The notes under the pieces are model-generated. The model was given only the letters and a program-made list of their open reading frames with translations, was not told where the DNA came from and searched no databases. A stretch of DNA of 64,000 nucleotides, from assembly GCA_043823065.1 (NCBI GenBank), contig JBDRBB010000010.1, positions 1 through 64,000 of the forward strand. Reading direction: 5' to 3'. Positions within the stretch are counted from its first letter, which is position 1; each line of letters opens with the position of its first letter. Shown here in pieces: positions 59,812 to 64,000 of this stretch. The stretch comes from Pseudomonadota bacterium. Its GTDB lineage: Bacteria > UBA10199 > 2-02-FULL-44-16 > DYJF01. Both the position numbers and the translations under genes were made by a program.

Positions 59812-60333
59812 ATGAAAAGAATGGTTTTTGCAGTCCTAGCTCTAATCGTATTTATTGGCATTAGTGCTAATGCCCATGCTTGGGGTTATGCCAGAAAAGG
59901 CCATTTTCGCTTAGGCGTATTTGCCCCTGGCGTTTTTGTAGGTAACAAAGGCATTGATGGCATGTTGTCTGTTGGCCTAGAAGGTGAATATTTTATTTTA
60001 GAAAATCTTTCTGCTTCATTTCGCATTGAAGAAGCAACTGATTTTAAAATTGGCGCTTCACCTCATTCAGTTCTAAACTTTGTGGCTCGCGCACGCTATG
60101 TCTTTGATATTGGCAATTCAGGTAATTGGGCTGCCTATGTGCAAGGTGGTTTAGGCGGTGCAATAATTGGCAAAAGTCATGGAGCTTTTGATTTAGCAAT
60201 TCCTGGTGGAGGTTTTTGGTATCAATGGTATCAAAATTGGTTTATTGGCCTAGATTGCAGTATGCATATCTTAATTCGCAATCCAACTGCCATTGCCTTT
60301 GATGTTACTCCATCTATCAGATATCAGTTTTAG
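59812..60333 (+). CDS. Small outer-membrane beta-barrel protein
   Basis: Signal peptide AHA-W; amphipathic strands; terminal RYQF. Confidence 0.75.
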   Translation: MKRMVFAVLALIVFIGISANAHAWGYARKGHFRLGVFAPGVFVGNKGIDGMLSVGLEGEYFILENLSASFRIEEATDFKIGASPHSVLNFVARARYVFDIGNSGNWAAYVQGGLGGAIIGKSHGAFDLAIPGGGFWYQWYQNWFIGLDCSMHILIRNPTAIAFDVTPSIRYQF

Positions 60334-60346
60334 TTATAAGTTAACT

Positions 60347-60467
60347 AATAGTCGTTGACGACTCTCGACCGACTTTTCTCACCTCCTTCAGGCTATTACG
60401 AAACTATTTGAAGCTTGAACAATGGCAGTCTGGTTCGAAAAGCCGCTCTACGTCATCAACGACTATT
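60347..60467 (-). repeat. Structured intergenic element family A, copy 4
   Basis: Stem aatagtcgttgacgac/gtcatcaacgactatt; shared core. Confidence 0.85.
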
Positions 60468-60468
60468 T

Positions 60469-61419
60469 TTATCTGGCCTGCAAAGAAACCTTAATTAGCT
60501 CTTCTAACGGTGCTTCAATAATAACCACATTATTTTGGCTGGAAATAGCGATAGCGCCAAATACTTCTTGCTCTGCTTGTTGATTTTGCATCTGCAACAT
60601 ATACAAAGCCTTCATGCCTAACAAAAACATTTCCAAATTCTTGGCTTGATTCATATCTGGAAGGTATAGAGAAATTTTGATTCTGCCTTGATCATCTGTA
60701 GTAAAAGTAGCTAATGTTAAAGAAGCAATTTGTGGCGGCAAATACTGTTGCAAATTGGCAGATGAGGTCAATCTACCAAAAAATGAGGAATCTTTTGTTT
60801 CAAAATCAAAGTTTTTTTCCTGATCTACATTGGTAAGAATCTTGATCAAAGAATCTTTAGTGCCAATTAATAGATGCTTCTTATCTGGCAGGCTAAAAGC
60901 AAAGGGTTCTTCCATGCCTGCTTGCCAATAAATCCTAATTTTTCCAACCAAATCTGAATCTAGGCTAGCACCTTGTTTAGCCAATTCTTGTTTTACTGAT
61001 TCTAAAAATTCTTTTTGAACAAAATCATCTTGAACAATAATATTAAACTGTGGCCCTGCTTTTTCTTCTCCCAGATCTCCGCTAAATACCAGCATACTTA
61101 ATCCATCATCTCCAAATAACATAGAACGTATGGCAACAATTGTTTGATCATCTCCTTTAAGCAAACCTTCTTCAAAAAATTTCTTTAAATAAGGGGTGGC
61201 TGATAAACGCTGAATATCAGCTACAGCAATAAATACAGCTTGATCTGGTACCCACTTTTTTAAGAAATCAAATTTTTGGGCAGTTGTTATAGAACCGTCA
61301 AAAACATTTGGCCGCTGACTATCGCTGGCTTGAAAAAGTAAAAAGGCTGCAATTATTAATATTCCTGATAAAATTAAACCTTTGTACAACATTTTTTTTG
61401 TGATTTTTATTTTTTTCAT
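60469..61419 (-). CDS. Hypothetical membrane-anchored protein
   Basis: N-terminal TM; downstream of hpnG; start trimmed to MKKIK. Confidence 0.65.
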   Translation of the reverse strand: MKKIKITKKMLYKGLILSGILIIAAFLLFQASDSQRPNVFDGSITTAQKFDFLKKWVPDQAVFIAVADIQRLSATPYLKKFFEEGLLKGDDQTIVAIRSMLFGDDGLSMLVFSGDLGEEKAGPQFNIIVQDDFVQKEFLESVKQELAKQGASLDSDLVGKIRIYWQAGMEEPFAFSLPDKKHLLIGTKDSLIKILTNVDQEKNFDFETKDSSFFGRLTSSANLQQYLPPQIASLTLATFTTDDQGRIKISLYLPDMNQAKNLEMFLLGMKALYMLQMQNQQAEQEVFGAIAISSQNNVVIIEAPLEELIKVSLQAR

Positions 61420-62171
61420 AAAATAGATATCCAAGCCTGAATAAAATCAGTTAAGGCCTCTCTGGCTTTGGAGGCATAATATTCCATTTTAGGTAAAGCT
61501 AAAATATCTTTTGGATGACTAATAACATGCCCAGCCACACCTGCTAAATTAACTTCCCCTGATTCATCTATAGCTTTTTTCATATAAGGCAATTTAACAT
61601 CTAGGGCATCAAAGATAGAACGCACCACTACTGCTGGTTTTTTATGTTTTTTGCATTCCTGCATAAAAGCAGAACTTTCCATATCTAGGGCCAGGGCTTC
61701 ATGTTCAGTGCCAATAAAAGCTTTTTCATGAGGAGTTTCAATTACTTCTTCAACTGTTACTAGGCCACCCCGATAATATCTGAGCTTATTTTTTACACAA
61801 AGAGCTTCTATTTTTTTAAGCAAACTATGGTCTGCAATATAATAGGCCTTGCTTGCAGCATCAACCACAGGATCTGCTAAAAGCAGATCGCCAACAATCA
61901 TTTTAGGTGTAGTGCCGCCAGCATAACCAATATTTAGACAATGGGTGGGATTGTAATTTTCCAAACAATATTTAACTGCCTGGTGCATAGCTTTTTTGCC
62001 AACTCCAGTGCGCACCAGCAAGCAGTTTTGTTTTTCTATTTGTCCTCGAATTACCAGTACTGGCCTAAAGTGGGTCTGTTCATCCACTATCATTCTAGAA
62101 CGAATGGTGCGAATCTCGTCATTTAATGCAGCAAAGATAGCTGGCAACTTGCCTTTCATATCAGAGTCCAA
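61416..62171 (-). CDS. hpnG: Nucleoside phosphorylase, hopanoid-associated
   Basis: TGVG, GYAGG, DMESSA, RSIFD; adjacent to hpnH. Confidence 0.75.
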   Translation of the reverse strand: MDSDMKGKLPAIFAALNDEIRTIRSRMIVDEQTHFRPVLVIRGQIEKQNCLLVRTGVGKKAMHQAVKYCLENYNPTHCLNIGYAGGTTPKMIVGDLLLADPVVDAASKAYYIADHSLLKKIEALCVKNKLRYYRGGLVTVEEVIETPHEKAFIGTEHEALALDMESSAFMQECKKHKKPAVVVRSIFDALDVKLPYMKKAIDESGEVNLAGVAGHVISHPKDILALPKMEYYASKAREALTDFIQAWISIL

Positions 62172-63157
62172 TAGGCCATGCGTAAAGCGTCTTTAATTGA
62201 TTCAGTTGTCTTTAAGGCAACTGTGGCTTCAAAACCACAGTGCACCATACAATATTGGCAACGCTTATCTTGACCAGGTCCAAACTTATCCCAATTTACC
62301 TTATTCATAAAGTCTTGGTAATTGGCATAATGTTCATTAGTAATCAAATAGCAAGGAGCTTTCCAACCCTTGATGTTATAAGTAACATTTCCCCAGGGTG
62401 TGCAGGTAAACTTTCGCTTGCCTTGTAAAAAATCTATATAAAGCGGGGTGCTCCAAATCTTTTTGCTGCGACAAACTTCATCCAAATCCTGAAATTTTTT
62501 ATTTATCTCTTGAGTAGTCATAAAGATAGATTGATCAGCAACATCTTCATAACTATAACTTGGGGAAATTAAAATGCCGTGCACGCCCAAGGCTTTTACT
62601 TCCTGAATAAATTTTTTAAGCTCTGAACTTGTTGTTTGCTTATAAACAGTGGTATTGGTGCAGACCGTAAAACCCTTTGCCAAAGCTAATTGAATACCTT
62701 CTACTGCCTTTTGATAAGCACCTTTTTTCTCCACAATTAAATCATGCGTGGAAGCCAGACCATCTAAATGCACATTTATATTAAAAAATGGATGCGGCTT
62801 AAAAAGAGATAATTTATCTTTTAAAACCTGGCCATTGGTGCATAGATAAACAACGCGTTTTTTTACCAGTAAACTTTCCACTAATTCTTTGATTTGAGGA
62901 TAAAGCAGAGGTTCACCACCACACACGGAAACCACAGGTGCCCCACAATCATCAGTTGCTTTTAGACAATCTTTTAGGCTGACCATCTTGGACATGCTAT
63001 CTTGATATTCCCGAATTCTACCACATCCGGAACAAGTAAGATTGCAAGCATGCAAAGGCTCCAGCATTAATACCAGAGGAAAACGTTTATTTCCCTTTTT
63101 CTTCTGAGCTGAAACATAACGAGCAATTGAAATAGTCTGACGCAATGGAAAACGCAT
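62156..63157 (-). CDS. hpnH: Adenosylhopane synthase radical SAM enzyme
   Basis: RFPLVLMLEPLHACNLTCSGCG, CTPWG, PCYL, CMVHCGFE; start trimmed to MRFPL. Confidence 0.9.
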   Translation of the reverse strand: MRFPLRQTISIARYVSAQKKKGNKRFPLVLMLEPLHACNLTCSGCGRIREYQDSMSKMVSLKDCLKATDDCGAPVVSVCGGEPLLYPQIKELVESLLVKKRVVYLCTNGQVLKDKLSLFKPHPFFNINVHLDGLASTHDLIVEKKGAYQKAVEGIQLALAKGFTVCTNTTVYKQTTSSELKKFIQEVKALGVHGILISPSYSYEDVADQSIFMTTQEINKKFQDLDEVCRSKKIWSTPLYIDFLQGKRKFTCTPWGNVTYNIKGWKAPCYLITNEHYANYQDFMNKVNWDKFGPGQDKRCQYCMVHCGFEATVALKTTESIKDALRMAYWTLI

Positions 63158-63236
63158 AGATCTCCTAGCTAACATGGTTGCCAAAGAAAGGCAAGCAAGC
63201 CAATTACTTGCCTTTCTCAAAGAGCATGCTACAATC

Positions 63237-63608
63237 ATGCTTATGAAGAAACTGCAACTATTTGTTTGGCTAGTAACAGCGCTTTTGGTGGCAGGCTCCT
63301 TATTTTTTAGATCTCAATTAGTGACATTTTCTCTTGGCGCTGGCTGCCTGCTGGTAATTACTAGCTTTTATGCTATTTATTTAACTACTCATCTTTTTTA
63401 TTCTTCCAAAACATCAACAAAAATTTTAGCTGGCTTAATTTCAATCTTTAAATTTGCCATACTGGGTTTGCTACTCTGGTTGATCATCACTAAAATACCC
63501 CTAAATCTGTGGGCATTTTTAATTGGCTTGGCTACAATCTTTTTTGCTATTTTAATCTATGCCATATACAATCTTTGTTTAGGGCAAACCCAAAATGCAC
63601 ACCTTTGA
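63237..63608 (+). CDS. atpI: ATP synthase protein I
   Basis: 4-TM protein overlapping the atpB start. Confidence 0.65.
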   Translation: MLMKKLQLFVWLVTALLVAGSLFFRSQLVTFSLGAGCLLVITSFYAIYLTTHLFYSSKTSTKILAGLISIFKFAILGLLLWLIITKIPLNLWAFLIGLATIFFAILIYAIYNLCLGQTQNAHL

Positions 63609-64000
63609 ACTTTTACCTTGGATAGCTGAAAAGCTTTCCCTTCCTTTTAAGATTGATCACAGCAATGTGCACATTGCCACTTCTTTGCTAATTGCTTTTT
63701 TCTTAATTATTAGTTCCTTGCTGGTTTACCGCAAACTTCGACATACTGATCAGCTAGTTATTCCTTCTAATAAATTATCAATTTCTACCATATATGAAAT
63801 AACTGTAGGAGCCTTGCTCCATATGATGGAAAACATCATGGGCCAAAGGGCTATTAAATACTTTCCTTTAATTGGTTCTTTATTTGTCTATATTTTAATT
63901 TGTAACCTAATCGGCATTATTCCTGGCATGGTGCCACCTACCAGCAATATCAACACAAATCTGGGTTGTGCAATTTGCGTGTTTGTTTATTATAATTATG
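63595..64000 (+). CDS. atpB: F0F1 ATP synthase subunit a (truncated by window end)
   Basis: Manual translation MHTFELL...KYFPLIGSLFVYILICNLIGIIPGMVPPTSNINTN. Confidence 0.9.
   Translation, partial: MHTFELLPWIAEKLSLPFKIDHSNVHIATSLLIAFFLIISSLLVYRKLRHTDQLVIPSNKLSISTIYEITVGALLHMMENIMGQRAIKYFPLIGSLFVYILICNLIGIIPGMVPPTSNINTNLGCAICVFVYYNY

Overview
AT-rich bacterial chromosomal window. The gene repertoire (FHA-domain sigma54 activator, VegA-like protein, ChaN-like protein, hpnGH) suggests a deltaproteobacterial/Myxococcota-related lineage; this is inference. The window is mostly housekeeping and envelope genes: mlaEFD plus prkA/yeaH/spoVR, ligA, nadA, rsmG, amgK-murU, an inositol-lipid-like gene neighbourhood (ino1, CDP-alcohol phosphotransferase, NTP transferase, HAD, flippase-like, AUR1/PAP2-like, PimA-like GT4, frameshifted MMPL), a cobalamin-riboswitch btuB operon, comEA behind a sigma54 promoter, hpnHG, and the start of the atp operon. 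No rRNA, tRNA, CRISPR array or transposase was recognised. The most unusual signals are intergenic. There are two multi-copy structured element families (4 and 3 copies) with copy-specific closing stems and compensatory base changes, and a CGYAG/CGAGAG internal loop shared by six hairpins from three unrelated families. A GCAACTT-N14-16-CGATAA (sigma28-like) motif precedes three orphan genes, one with a T3SS needle/rod-like C-terminus. All protein calls come from motif recognition only; no database searches were run.
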